From the NCBI RefSeq assembly GCF_009914755.1, contig NC_060948.1: a DNA stretch of 64,000 bases, one strand, 5' to 3'. The notes under the pieces are model-generated. The model was not told the origin of the DNA. It was given only the letters and a program-made list of their open reading frames with translations, and ran no database searches. Position 1 is the first letter of the stretch, and each line of letters begins with the position of its first letter. Source of the stretch: the human T2T-CHM13v2.0 reference genome, Homo sapiens. Positions 1 through 14,456 of this stretch are shown here, in pieces. A program made the translations under genes and the position numbers.

Positions 1-131
1 ATGGAATGGTCTGGAATGGAATGAACACGAATGTAATGCAATCCAATAGAATGGAATCGAATGGCATGGAATATAAAGAAATGGAATCGAAGAGAATGGA
101 AACAAATGGAATGGAATTGAATGGAATGGAA

Positions 132-285
132 TTGAATGGAATGGGAACGAATGGAGTGAAATTGTATGCAGTAGAAGGGAATAGAATGGAATGCAAGCGA
201 AAGGAAAGGAATGGATTGGAATGGAATGGAATTCATTGGAATGGAAGGGAATGTAGTGTAATGGACAGGCCTGGAATAAAGTGGA
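132..285 (+). other. DYZ1 diagnostic amplicon segment (Y1.2/Y1.1 primer sites, 154 bp) containing the unit EcoRI (229-234) and StuI/HaeIII (267-272) sites
   Basis: TTGAATGGAATGGGAACGAATGG at 132-154 and GGACAGGCCTGGAATAAAGTGGA at 263-285 (reverse complement of TCCACTTTATTCCAGGCCTGTCC). The segment recurs in every unit. Primer identity is from memory. Confidence 0.85.
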
Positions 286-642
286 ATGCTACGGTCTCGA
301 ATGGAATAAAAATGTATGGAATGGAATGCAATGAAACGGAATCGAATGTCATAGAATGTAATGGAATGCAAAAAAATGGAATCCAAAATCATTGACAGGA
401 AAGGCTGGGTGTCGAAAGGAATTGACTCCAATGGAATGGAATCGAATGGAATGGAAGTGAATAGAATCGAACTAAATCGAATGGAATGGAATTGATAGGA
501 ACGGAATGGAAAGGAATGCAATGATTTGGCATGGAATGGAATCGAATGGCATCGAATGGAATGGAATGGAATGCAATGGAATGGAATGTATTAGAATGTA
601 ATGAACTTTAATGGAATGTACTCGAATGGATTCGACTGGAAT

Positions 643-657
643 GGAATGTTCTGGAAG
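643..657. promoter_or_regulatory. Perfect 3-unit heat-shock element (HSE1), repeated in most units
   Basis: gGAAtgTTCtgGAAg matches nGAAnnTTCnnGAAn. The motif is seen; binding is not shown. Confidence 0.55.
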
Positions 658-922
658 TGAATGGACTCCAATGGAATGGATTCCAAAGGAATGGAATCGT
701 ACGGAATGGAATCTAATGGAATGGAATTAAATGGAAATGAATCAAATTGAATAGCACGGAATTGAATTGAATGGAATGGAATGCAATGGAATCTAATGAA
801 ACGGAAAGGAAAGGAATGGAATGGAATGGAATGGGCTGGAATGGAAAGGAATCGAAACGAATGGAATGGAATCGAACTGAAGAGACTGGAATGGAATGCA
901 CTGGAATGGAAGGGAGTGTAAT

Positions 923-937
923 GGAAGGTTCTCGAAA
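923..937. promoter_or_regulatory. Perfect 3-unit heat-shock element (HSE2), repeated in most units
   Basis: gGAAggTTCtcGAAa matches nGAAnnTTCnnGAAn. Confidence 0.55.
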
Positions 938-1948
938 AAAATGGAATGGAATGGAATGGAATTGAATGGAACGGAATAGAGTCGAATGGAATTGAATGGA
1001 ATGGAATGGACTAGAGTGAAATGGAATCGAACCACAAGGAATGGACAGGAATAGAATGGTCTCGAATTGAATGGAATCGTATGGAATGGCATCAAACGGA
1101 ATGGAATGGACAGCCACGGAATGGAATGCACTCGAATGCAATGGAGTCGAAACTAATGGACTGGAATAGAATGGACTCGACTGGTACGGACTCCAATGGA
1201 ATGGAATCGAATGGAAGGGAATCGAACGGAATGGACTCGAAGGGAAAAGACTGCAATGGAAAGGTCTCGAATGGAATGGAAATTAATGGAATGGAATGGA
1301 ATCGAATGAAATGGAGTCAAAAGGAATGGAATCGAATGGCAAGAAATCGAATGTAATGGAATCGCAAGGAATTGATGTGAACGGAACGGAATGGAATGGA
1401 ATCCAAAGGAATGGAATAGAATGGAATGGAATCGAATGGAAAGGACTCGAATGGAAATCACTCGAATAGAATGCAATTTAATAAAATAGGATCAAATGTA
1501 ATGGAATGGAATGGAAAGGAATCGAAACGAAAGGAATGGAGACAGATGGAATGGAATGGAACAGAGAGCAATGGTATAGAATGGAATGGAATCATCTGGA
1601 ATGGAATTGAATGGAATGGAATAATATGAAATGGAATGGAATGGAATGGAATGGAATGCCCTTGAATTAAATGGACTGGAATGGAATGGACTCGAACAGA
1701 GTGGAATGGAAAGTGTTGAGATAGAATGGAATGGACTCCTTTGGAATGGTGTAGTATGCAATGCAATCGACTGGCAGGGAATCAAAAGGAATGTAATGGA
1801 ATGGACTGGACTGGAATGCAATGGACTCGAATAGATTGGAAACGGAATGCAAAGGAATGGAATGGAATAGTATGGAATGGAATGGAAAGGAATGGAGTGG
1901 AATAGACTAGAGTGGAATGGAATGGACTGGAAAGCAATGGACTGGAAT

Positions 1949-1963
1949 GGAACTTTCTTGAAT
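1949..1963. promoter_or_regulatory. Perfect 3-unit heat-shock element (HSE3), repeated in most units
   Basis: gGAActTTCttGAAt matches nGAAnnTTCnnGAAn. Confidence 0.55.
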
Positions 1964-3820
1964 GGACTGGAATCAAACGGAATGGAATGCAATGCAATCA
2001 AATGGCATGGAATAAAATAGAATGAAGAAAATGAAATGGAATTGAATCGAATGGAATCGAATGGATTGGAAAGGAATAGAATGGAATGGAATGGAATTGA
2101 CTCAAATGGAATGGACTAGAATGGAATGGATTCGAATGGAAGGCAAAGGAATGGAATCTATTGGAATGGACTGTAATGGAATGGAATGGAAGGGATTGGA
2201 ATGGACTCGAATGGAATGGACTGCAATAGAAAGGATTCGAATGGAATGAAAAAGAATTGAATGGAATAGAACAGAATGGAATCAAATCGAATGAAATGGA
2301 ATGGAATAGAAAGGAATGGAATGAAATGGAATGGAAAGGATTCGAATGGAATGCAATCGAATGGAATGGAATCGAATGGAATGGAATAAAATGGAAGAAA
2401 ACTGGCAAGAAATGGAATCGAAAGGAATGGAGTGTTATGGAACGGACTCAAAAGGAATTGAATGTAATAGAATGGAGTGGAGTGGACTCGAATATAATGG
2501 ACTGGAATGGAATGAAATCACATGGAATGGGAACGAATGGAATGGAATGGAAAGGAATGGAATCGAATGGAAAGGAATCGAATGGAAGGGAATGAAATTG
2601 AATCAACAGGAATGGAAGGGAATAGAATAGACGGTAATGGAATGGACTCGAATAGAATGGACACGAATGCTCAAATTGAATGGACTCGAATGGAATGGAA
2701 ACGAAAGGAATGTCATCGAATGGAATTGAATCGATTGGAATGAAATCGCACAGAATGGAGTGGAATCAAATGGAATTGAATCGAAAGGAAAGGAAGCAAA
2801 TGGACTGAAATGAAATGGAATGGAATTGAATGGAAAGTTATGTAATGGAATACAATGGAACGAAATTTCACGGAATGGAATCAAACTGAATGGAATCAAA
2901 TCAATGGAATCAAATCAAATGGAATGGAAAGGAATTGAATAGAGTAGAATGGATGGGATGGGATTGGAATGAAATGTACTGGAAAGGACTCGAATTTCAT
3001 GAAACGGAATGGAATGAATTGGAACGGAATGGACTCGAATGGAATGGAATGTCAGGGAATGGCATCAAATGGAATGGCATCAAATTGAATGGAATCGAAT
3101 GCAATGGAATGCTATGGAATGGAATGGAATGCATTGGAATGGAATGTCCTCTAATGGAATGGATTCGAGTGGAATGGAATCGAATATAATGGAGTCGAAT
3201 GAAATGGAATTGAAAGGAATAGGATCGAATACAATGGAATATACTGGAATGTAATGTAATGAACTCGAATGTAATTGACTGGAATGGAATGTACATGAAT
3301 GGAATGTAATCGAATGGAAAGTAATCCAATGGAATAGAATCTAATGCAATAAAATCGACTCAGATAGAGTAGAATGTAATGGAATGGAGTGCAGTGCAAT
3401 GGAATGGAATGGAATGGAATGCAATGGAATGGAATGGAATGGAATGGAATGGAATGGAATGGAATGGTGTGGAATGGATAGTAATGGACTGGAGTGAAAT
3501 GGACTGGAAAGGAATGGACTCAAATTGAAAGGGCTCGAAAGGAATGGAGTCAAATGGAATGGTCTGGAATGGAATGAACACGAATGTAATGCAATCCAAT
3601 AGAATGGAATCGAATGGCATGGAATATAAAGAAATGGATTCGAAGAGAATGGAAACAAATGGAATGGAATTGAATGGAATGGAATTGAATGGAATGGGAA
3701 CGAATGGAGTGAAATTGTATGCAGTAGAAGGGAATAGAATGGAATGCAAGCGAAAGGAAAGGAATGGATTGGAATGGAATGGAATTCATTGGAATGGAAG
3801 GGAATGTAGTGTAATGGACA

Positions 3821-6800
3821 GGCCTGGAATAAAGTGGAATGCTACGGTCTCGAATGGAATAAAAATGTATGGAATGGAATGCAATGAAACGGAATCGAAT
3901 GTCATAGAATGTAATGGAATGCAAAAAAATGGAATCCAAAATCATTGACTGGAAAGGCTGTGTGTCGAAAGGAATTGACTCCAATGGAATGGAATCGAAT
4001 GGAATGGAAGTGAATAGAATCGAACTAAATCGAATGGAATGGAATTGATAGGAACGGAATGGAAAGGAATGCAATGATTTGGCATGGAATGGAATCGAAT
4101 GGCATCGAATGGAATGGAATGGAATGCAATGGAATGGAATGTATTAGAATGTAATGAACTTTAATGGAATGTACTCGAATGGATTCGACTGGAATGGAAT
4201 GTTCTGGAAGTGAATGGACTCCAATGGAATGGATTCAAAAGGAATGGAATCGTACGGAATGGAATCTAATGGAATGGAATTAAATGGAAATGAATCAAAT
4301 TGAATAGCACGGAATTGAATTGAATGGAATGGAATGCAATGGAATCTAATGAAACGGAAAGGAAAGGAATGGAATGGAATGGAATGGAATGGGCTGGAAT
4401 GGAAAGGAATCGAAACGAATGGAATGGAATCGAACTGAAGAGACTGGAATGGAATGCACTGGAATGGAAGGGAGTGTAATGGAAGGTTCTCGAAAAAAAT
4501 GGAATCGAATGGATTGGAATTGAATGGAACGGAATAGAGTCGAATGGAATTGAATGGAATGGAATGGACTAGAGTGAAATGGAATCGAACCACAAGGAAT
4601 GGACAGGAATAGAATGGTCTCGAATTGAATGGAATCGTATGGAATGGCATCAAACGGAATGGAATGGACAGCCACGGAATGGAATGCACTCGAATGCAAT
4701 GGAGTCGAAACTAATGGACTGGAATAGAATGGACTCGACTGGTACGGACTCCAATGGAATGGAATCGAATGGAAGGGAATCGAACGGAATGGACTCGAAG
4801 GGAAAAGACTGCAATGGAAAGGTCTCGAATGGAATGGAAATTAATGGAATGGAATGGAATCGAATGAAATGGAGTCAAAAGGAATGGAATCGAATGGCAA
4901 GAAATCGAATGTAATGGAATCGCAAGGAATTGATGTGAACGGAACGGAATGGAATGGAATCCAAAGGAATGGAATAGAATGGAATGGAATCGAATGGAAA
5001 GGACAAGAATGGAAATCACTCGAATAGAATGCAATTTAATAAAATAGGATCAAATGTAATGGAATGGAATGGAAAGGAATCGAAACGAAAGGAATGGAGA
5101 CAGATGGAATGGAATGGAACAGAGAGCAATGGTATAGAATGGAATGGTATCATCTGGAATGGAATTGAATGGAATGGAATAATATGAAATGGAATGGAAT
5201 GGAATGGAATGGAATGCCCTTGAATTAAATGGACTGGAATGGAATGGACTCGAACAGAGTGGAATGGAAAGTGTTGAGATAGAATGGAATGGACTCCTTT
5301 GGAATGGTGTAGTATGCAATGCAATCGACTGGCAGGGAATCAAAAGGAATGTAATCGAATGGATTGGACTGGAATGCAATGGACTCGAATAGATTGCAAA
5401 CGGAATGCAAAGGAATGGAATGGAATAGTATGGAATGGAATGGAAAGGAATGGAGTGGAATAGACTAGAGTGGAATGGAATGGACTGGAAAGCAATGGAC
5501 TGGAATGGAACTTTATTGAATGGACTGGAATCAAACGGAATGGAATGCAATGCAATCAAATGGCATGGAATAAAATAGAATGAAAGAGAATCAAATGGAA
5601 TTGAATCGAATGGAATCGAATGGATTGGAAAGGAATAGAATGGAATGGAATGGAATTGACTCAAATGGAATGGACTAGAATGGAATGGATTCGAATGGAA
5701 GGCAAAGGAATGGAATCTATTGGAATGGACTGTAATGGAATGGAATGGAAGGGATTGGAATGGACTGCAATAGAAAGGATTCGAATGGAATGAAAAAGAA
5801 TTGAATGGAATAGAACAGAATGGAATCAAATCGAATGAAATGGAATGGAATAGAAAGGAATGGAATGAAATGGAATGGAAAGGATTCGAATGGAATGCAA
5901 TCGAATGGAATGGAATCGAACGGAATGGAATAAAATGGAAGAAAACTGGCAAGAAATGGAATCGAAATGAATGGAGTGTTATGGAACGGACTCAAATGAA
6001 TTGAATGTAATAGAATGGAGTGGAGTGGACTCGAATATAATGGACTGGAATGGAATGAAATCACATGGAATGGGAACGAATGGAATGGAATGGAAAGGAA
6101 TGGAATCGAATGGAAAGGAATCGAATGGAAGGGAATGAAATTGAATCAACAGGAATGGAAGGGAATAGAATAGACGGTAATGGAATGGACTCGAATAGAA
6201 TGGACACGAATGCTCAAATTGAATGGACTCGAATGGAATGGAAACGAAAGGAATGTCATCGAATGGAATTGAATCGATTGGAATGAAATCGCATAGAATG
6301 GAGTGGAATCAAATGGAATTGAATCGAAAGGAAAGGAAGCGAATGGACTGAAATGGAATGGAATTGAATGGAAAGTAATGCAATGGAATAGAAGGGAACG
6401 AAATTTCACGGAATGGAATCAAACTGAATGGAATCAAATCAATGGAATCAAATCAAATGGAATGGAAAGGAATTGAATGGAGTAGATTGGATTGGATGGG
6501 ATTGGAATGAAATGTACTGGAAAGGACTCGAATTTCATGAAACGGAATGGAATGAATTGGAACGGAATGGACTCGAATGGAATGGAATGTCATGGAATGG
6601 CATCAAATGGAATGGCATCAAATGGAATGGAATCGAATGCAATGGAATGCTATGGAATGGAATGGAATGCATTGGAATGGAATGTCCTCTAATGGAATGG
6701 ATTCGAGTGGAATGGAATCGAATATAATGGAGTCGAATGAAATGGAATTGAAAGGAATGGGATCGAATACAATGGAATATACTGGAATGTAATGTAATGA

Positions 6801-7368
6801 ACTCGAATGTAATTGACTGGAATGGAATGTACATGAATGGAATGTAATCGAATGGAAAGTAATCCAATGGAATAGAATCTAATGCAATAAAATCGACTCA
6901 GATAGAGTAGAATGTAATGGAATGGAGTGCAGTGCAATGGAATGGAATGGAATGGAATGCAATGGAATGGAATGGAATGGAATGGAATGGAATGGAATGG
7001 AATGGGATGGAATGGTATGGAATGGATAGTAATGGACTGGAGTGAAATGGACTGGAAAGGAATGGACTCAAATTGAAAGGGCTCGAAAGGAATGGAGTCA
7101 AATGGAATGGTCTGGAATGGAATGAACACGAATGTAATGCAATCCAATAGAATGGAATCGAATGGCATGGAATATAAAGAAATGGAATCGAAGAGAATGG
7201 AAACAAATGGAATGGAATTGAATGGAATGGAATTGAATGGAATGGGAACGAATGGAGTGAAATTGTATGCAGTAGAAGAGAATAGAATGGAATGCAAGTG
7301 AAAGGAAAGGAATGGATTGGAATGGAATGGAATTCATTGGAATGGAAGGGAATGTAGTGTAATGGACA
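3821..7368 (+). repeat. DYZ1 unit U2 (3,548 bp)
   Basis: GGCC at 3821 and 7369; 15-bp deletion near 5760, 1-bp deletion near 5995. Confidence 0.9.
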
Positions 7369-10300
7369 GGCCTGGAATAAAGTGGAATGCTACGGTCTCG
7401 AATGGAATAAAAATGTATGGAATGGAATGCAATGAAACGGAATCGAATGTCATAGAATGTAATGGAATGCAAAAAAATGGAATCCAAAATCATTGACTGG
7501 AAAGGCTGGGTGTCGAAAGGAATTGACTCCAATGGAATGGAATCGAATGGAATGGAAGTGAATAGAATCGAACTAAATCGAATGGAATGGAATTGATAGG
7601 AACGGAATGGAAAGGAATGCAATGATTTGGCATGGAATGGAATCGAATGGCATCGAATGGAATGGAATGGAATGCAATGGAATGGAATGTATTAGAATGT
7701 AATGAACTTTAATGGAATGTACTCGAATGGATTCGACTGGAATGGAATGTTCTGGAAGTGAATGGACTCCAATGGAATGGATTCAAAAGGAATGGAATCG
7801 TACGGAATGGAATCTAATGGAATGGAATTAAATGGAAATGAATCAAATTGAATAGCACGGAATTGAATTGAATGGAATGGAATGCAATGGAATCTAATGA
7901 AACGGAAAGGAAAGGAATGGAATGGAATGGAATGGGATGGAATGGAAAGGAATCGAAACGAATGGAATGGAATCGAACTGAAGAGACTGGAATGGAATGC
8001 ACTGGAATGGAAGGGAGTGTAATGGAAGGTTCTCGAAAAAAATGGAATGGAATGGAATGGAATTGAATGGAACGGAATAGAGTCGAATGGAATTGAATGG
8101 AATGGAATGGACTAGAGTGAAATGGAATCGAACCACAAGGAATGGACAGGAATAGAATGTTCTCGAATTGAATGGAATCGTATGGAATGGCATCAAACGG
8201 AATGGAATGGACAGCCACGGAATGGAATGCACTCGAATGCAATGGAGTCGAAACTAATGGACTGGAATAGAATGGACTCGACTGGTACGGACTCCAATGG
8301 AATGGAATCGAATGGAAGGGAATCGAACGGAATGGACTCGAAGGGAAAAGACTGCAATGGAAAGGTCTCGAATGGAATGGAAATTAATGGAATGGAATGG
8401 AATCGAATGAAATGGAGTCAAAAGGAATGGAATCGAATGGCAAGAAATCGAATGTAATGGAATCGCAAGGAATTGATGTGAACGGAACGGAATGGAATGG
8501 AATCCAAAGGAATGGAATAGAATGGAATGGAATCGAATGGAAAGGACTCGAATGGAAATCACTCGAATAGAATGCAATTTAATAAAATAGGATCAAATGT
8601 AATGGAATGGAATGGAAAGGAATCGAAACGAAAGGAATGGAGACAGATGGAATGGAATGGAACAGAGAGCAATGGTATAGAAAGGAATGGAATCATCTGG
8701 AATGGAATTGAATGGAATGGAATAATATGAAATGGAATGGAATGGAATGGAATGCCCTTGAATTAAATGGACTGGAATGGAATGGACTCGAACAGAGTGG
8801 AATGGAAAGTGTTGAGATAGAATGGAATGGACTCGTTTGGAATGGTCTAGTAGGCAATGCAATCGACTGGCAGGGAATCAAAAGGAATGTAATGGAATGG
8901 ATTGGACTGGAATGCAATGGACTCGAATAGATTGGAAACGGAATGCAAAGGAATGGAATGGAATAGTATGGAATGGAATGGAAAGGAATGGAGTGTAATA
9001 GACTAGAGTGGAATGGAATGGACTCGAAAGCAATGGACTGGAATGCAACTTTCTTGAATGGACTGGAATCAAACGGAATGGAATGCAATGCAATCAAATG
9101 GCATGGAATAAAATAGAATGAAAGAGAATCAAATGGAATTGAATCGAATGGAATCGAATGGATTGGAAAGGAATAGAATGGAATGGAATGGAATTGACTC
9201 AAATGGAATGGACTAGAATGGAATGGATTCGAATGGAAGGCAAAGGAATGGAATCTATTGGAATGGACTGTAATGGAATGGAATGGAAGGAATTGGAATG
9301 GACTCGAATGGAATGGACTGCAATAGAAAGGATTCGAATGGAATGAAAAAGAATTGAATGGAATAGAACAGAATGGAATCAAATCGAATGAAATGGAATG
9401 GAATAGAAAGGAATGGAATGAAATGGAATGGAAAGGATTCGAATGGAATGCAATCGAATGGAATGGAATCGAACGGAATGGAATAAAATGGAAGAAAACT
9501 GGCAAGAAATGGAATCGAAATGAATGGAGTGTTATGGAACGGACTCAAAAGGAATTGAATGTAATAGAATGGAGTGGAGTGGACTCGAATATAATGGACT
9601 GGAATGGAATGAAATCACATGGAATGGGAACGAATGGAATGGAATGGAAAGGAATGGAATCGAATGGAAAGGAATCGAATGGAAGGGAATGAAATTGAAT
9701 CAACAGGAATGGAAGGGAGTAGAATAGACGGTAATGGAATGGACTGGAATAGAATGGACACGAATGCTCAAATTGAATGCACTCGAATGGAATGGAAACG
9801 AAAGGAATGTCATCGAATGGAATTGAATCGATTGGAATGAAATTGCATAGAATGGAGTGGAATCAAATGGAATTGAATCGAAAGGAAAGGAAGCGAATGG
9901 ACTGAAATGAAATGGACTGGAATTGAATGGAAAGATATGTAATGGAATAGAATGGAACGACATTTCACGGAATGGAATCAAACTGAATGGAATCAAATCA
10001 ATGGAATCAAATCAAATGGAATGGAAAGGAATTGAATGGAGTAGATTGGATTGGATGGGATTGGAATGAAATGTACTGGAAAGGACTCGAATTTCATGAA
10101 ACGGAATGGAATGAATTGGAACGGAACGGACTCGAATGGAATGGAATGTCATGGAATGGCATCAAATGGAATGGCATCAAATGGAATGGAATCGAATGCA
10201 ATGGAATGCTATGGAATGGAATGGAATGCATTGGAATGGAATGTCCTCTAATGGAATGGATTCGAGTGGAATGGAATCGAATATAATGGAGTCAAATGAA

Positions 10301-10912
10301 ATGGAATTGAAAGGAATGGGATCGAATACAATGGAATATACTGGAATGTAATGTAATGAACTCGAATGTAATTGACTGGAATGGAATGTACATGAATGGA
10401 ATGTAATCGAATGGAAAGTAATCCAATGGAATAGAATCTAATGCAATAAAATCGACTCAGATAGAGTAGAATGTAATGGAATGGAGTGCAGTGCAATGGA
10501 ATGGAATGGAATGGAATGCAATGGAATGGAATGCAATGGAATGGAATGGGATGGAATGGTGTGGAATGGATAGTAATGGACTGGAGTGAAATGGACTGGA
10601 AAGGAATGGACTCAAATTGAAAGGGCTCGAAAGGAATGGAGTCAAATGGAATGGTCTGGAATGGAATGAACACGAATGTAATGCAATCCAATAGAATGGA
10701 ATCGAATGGCATGGAATATAAAGAAATGGAATCGAAGAGAATGGAAACAAATGGAATGGAATTGAATGGAATGGAATTGAATGGAATGGGAACGAATGGA
10801 GTGAAATTGTATGCAGTAGAAGAGAATAGAATGGAATGCAAGCGAAAGGAAAGGAATGGATTGGAATGGAATGGAATTCATTGGAATGGAAGGGAATGTA
10901 GTGTAATGGACA
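7369..10912 (+). repeat. DYZ1 unit U3 (3,544 bp)
   Basis: GGCC at 7369 and 10913. Confidence 0.9.
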
Positions 10913-13900
10913 GGCCTGGAATAAAGTGGAATGCTACGGTCTCGAATGGAATAAAAATGTATGGAATGGAATGCAATGAAACGGAATCGAATGTCATAGA
11001 ATGTAATGGAATGCAAAAAAATGGAATCCAAAATCATTGACTGGAAAGGCTGGGTGTCGAAAGGAATTGACTCCAATGGAATGGAATCGAATGGAATGGA
11101 AGTGAATAGAATCGAACTAAATCGAATGGAATGGAATTGATAGGAACGGAATGGAAAGGAATGCAATGATTTGGCATGGAATGGAATCGAATGGCATCGA
11201 ATGGAATGGAATGGAATGCAATGGAATGGAATGTATTAGAATGTAATGAACTTTAATGGAATGTACTCGAATGGATTCGACTGGAATGGAATGTTGTGGA
11301 AGTGAATGGACTCCAATGGAATGGATTCAAAAGGAATGGAATCGTACGGAATGGAATCTAATGGAATGGAATTAAATGGAAATGAATCAAATTGAATAGC
11401 ACGGAATTGAATTGAATGGAATGGAATGCAATGGAATCTAATGAAACGGAAAGGAAAGGAATGGAATGGAATGGAATGGGCTGGAATGGAAAGGAATCGA
11501 AACGAATGGAATGGAATCGAACTGAAGAGACTGGAATGGAATGCACTGGAATGGAAGGGAGTGTAATGGAAGGTTCTCGAAAAAAATGGAATCGAATGGA
11601 ATGGAATTGAATGGAACGGAATAGAGTCGAATGGAATTGAATGGAATGGAATGGACTAGAGTGAAATGGAATCGAACCACAAGGAATGGACATGAATAGA
11701 ATGGTCTCGAATTGAATGGAATCGTATGGAATGGCATCAAACGGAATGGAATGGACAGCCACGGAATGGAATGCACTCGAATGCAATGGAGTCGAAACTA
11801 ATGGACTGGAATAGAATGGACTCGACTGGTACGGACTCCAATGGAATGGAATCGAATGGAAGGGAATCGAACGGAATGGACTCGAAGGGAAAAGACTGCA
11901 ATGGAAAGGTCTCGAATGGAATGGAAATTAATGGAATGGAATGGAATCGAATGAAATGGAGTCAAAAGGAATGGAATCGAATGGCAAGAAATCGAATGTA
12001 ATGGAATCACAAGGAATTGATGTGAACGGAACGGAATGGAATGGAATCCAAAGGAATGGAATAGAATGGAATGGAATCGAATGGAAAGGACTCGAATGGA
12101 AATCACTCGAATAGAATGCAATTTAATAAAATAGGATCAAATGTAATGGAATGGAATGGAAAGGAATCGAAACGAAAGGAATGGAGACAGATGGAATGGA
12201 ATGGAACAGAGAGCAATGGTATAGAATGGAATGGAATCATCTGGAATGGAATTGAATGGAATGGAATAATATGAAATGGAATGGAATGGAATGGAATGGA
12301 ATGCCCTTGAATTAAATGGACTGGAATGGAATGGACTCGAACAGAGTGGAATGGAAAGTGTTGAGATAGAATGGAATGGACTCCTTTGGAATGGTGTAGT
12401 ATGCAATGCAATCGACTGGCAGGGAATCAAAAGGAATGTAATCGAATGGATTGGACTGGAATGCAATGGACTCGAATAGATTGGAAACGGAATGCAAAGG
12501 AATGGAATGGAATAGTATGGAATGGAATGGAAAGGAATGGAGTGGAATAGACTAGAGTGGAATGGAATGGACTGGAAAGCAATGGACTGGAATGGAACTT
12601 TCTTGAATGGACTGGAATCAAACGGAATGGAATGCAATGCAATCAAATGGCATGGAATAAAATAGAATGAAAGAGAATCAAATGGAATTGAATCGAATGG
12701 AATCGAATGGATTGGAAAGGAATAGAATGGAATGGAATGGAATTGACTCAAATGGAATGGACTAGAATGGAATGGATTCGAATGGAAGGCAAAGGAATGG
12801 AATCTATTGGAATGGACTGTAATGGAATGGAATGGAAGGGATTGGAATGGACTCGAATGGAATGGACTGCAATAGAAAGGATTCGAATGGAATGAAAAAG
12901 AATTGAATGGAATAGAACAGAATGGAATCAAATCGAATGAAATGGAATGGAATAGAAAGGAATGGAATGAAATGGAATGGAAAGGATTCGAATGGAATGC
13001 AATCGAATGGAATGGAATCGAACGGAATGGAATAAAATGGAAGAAAACTGGCAAGAAATGGAATCGAAATGAATGGAGTGTTATGGAACGGACTCAAAAG
13101 GAATTGAATGTAATAGAATGGAGTGGAGTGGACTCGAATATAATGGACTGGAATGGAATGAAATCACATGGAATGGGAACGAATGGAATGGAATGGAAAG
13201 GAATGGAATCGAATGGAAAGGAATCGAATGGAAGGGAATGAAATTGAATCAACAGGAATGGAAGGGAATTGAATAGACGGTAATGGAATGGACTCGAATA
13301 GAATGGACACGAATGCTCAAATTGAATGGACTCGAATGGAATGGAAACGAAAGGAATGTCATCGAATGGAATTGAATCGATTGGAATGAAATCGCATAGA
13401 ATGGAGTGGAATCAAATGGAATTGAATCGAAAGGAAAGGAAGCGAATGGACTGAAATGAAATGGAATGGAATTGAATGGAAAGTAATGCAATGGAATAGA
13501 ATGGAACGAAATTTCACGGAATGGAATCAAACTGAATGGAATCAAATCAATGGAATCCAATCAAATGGAATGGAGTAGATTGGATTGGATGAGATTGGAA
13601 TGAAATATACTGGAAAGGACTCGAATTTCATGAAACGGAATGGAATGAATTGGAACGGAATGGACTCGAATGGAATGGAATGTCATAGAATGGCATCAAA
13701 TGGAATGGCATCAAATGGAATGGAATCGAATGCAATGGAATGCTATGGAATGGAATGGAATGCATTGGAATGGAATGTCCTCTAATGGAATGGATTCGAG
13801 TGGAATGGAATCGAATATAATGGAGTCGAATGAAATGGAATTGAAAAGAATGGGATCGAATACAATGGAATATACTGGAATGTAATGTAATGAACTCGAA

Positions 13901-14456
13901 TGTAATTGACTGGAATGGAATGTACATGAATGGAATGTAATCGAATGGAAAGTAATCCAATGGAATAGAATCTAATGCAATAAAATCGACTCAGATAGAG
14001 TAGAATGTAATGGAATGGAGTGCAGTGCAATGGAATGGAATGGAATGGAATGCAATGGAATGGAATGGAATGGAATGGAATGGAATGGAATGGGATGGAA
14101 TGGTATGGAATGGATAGTAATGGACTGGAGTGAAATGGACTGGAAAGGAATGGACTCAAATTGAAAGGGCTGGAAAGGAATGGAGTCAAATGGAATGGTC
14201 TGGAATGGAATGAACACGAAAGTAATGCAATCCAATAGAATGGAATCGAATGGCATGGAATATAATGAAATGGAATCGAAGAGAATGGAAACAAATGGAA
14301 TGGAATTGAATGGAATGGAATTGAATGGAATGGGAACGAATGGAGTGAAATTGTATGCAGTAGAAGGGAATAGAATGGAATGCAAGCGAAAGGAAAGGAA
14401 TGGATTGGAATGGAATGGAATTCATTGGAATGGAAGGGAATGTAGTGTAATGGACA
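10913..14456 (+). repeat. DYZ1 unit U4 (3,544 bp), class A
   Basis: GGCC at 10913 and 14457; ATCCAATCAA plus 15-bp deletion at ~13555-13575. Confidence 0.9.

Larger units (their letters stand above)
268..3820 (+). repeat. DYZ1 unit U1 (3,553 bp)
   Basis: GGCC landmarks at 268 and 3821; private 1-bp-shorter segment near 2025-2035. Confidence 0.9.

Noticed and set aside
371-420. Low-pentamer-identity patches (e.g. CAAAATCATTGAC..GGCTGGGTGTCG) as foreign inserts
   Set aside because: They stay in the 5-bp register and retain GGAAA/CGAAA remnants, so they are diverged pentamers, not insertions.
1474-1492. AT-rich CAATTTAATAAAATAGG containing AATAAA, plus several other AATAAA per unit, as polyadenylation signals
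   Set aside because: AATAAA arises easily from GGAAT variants and no GU/U-rich downstream element is evident. It cannot be supported without 3'-end RNA data.
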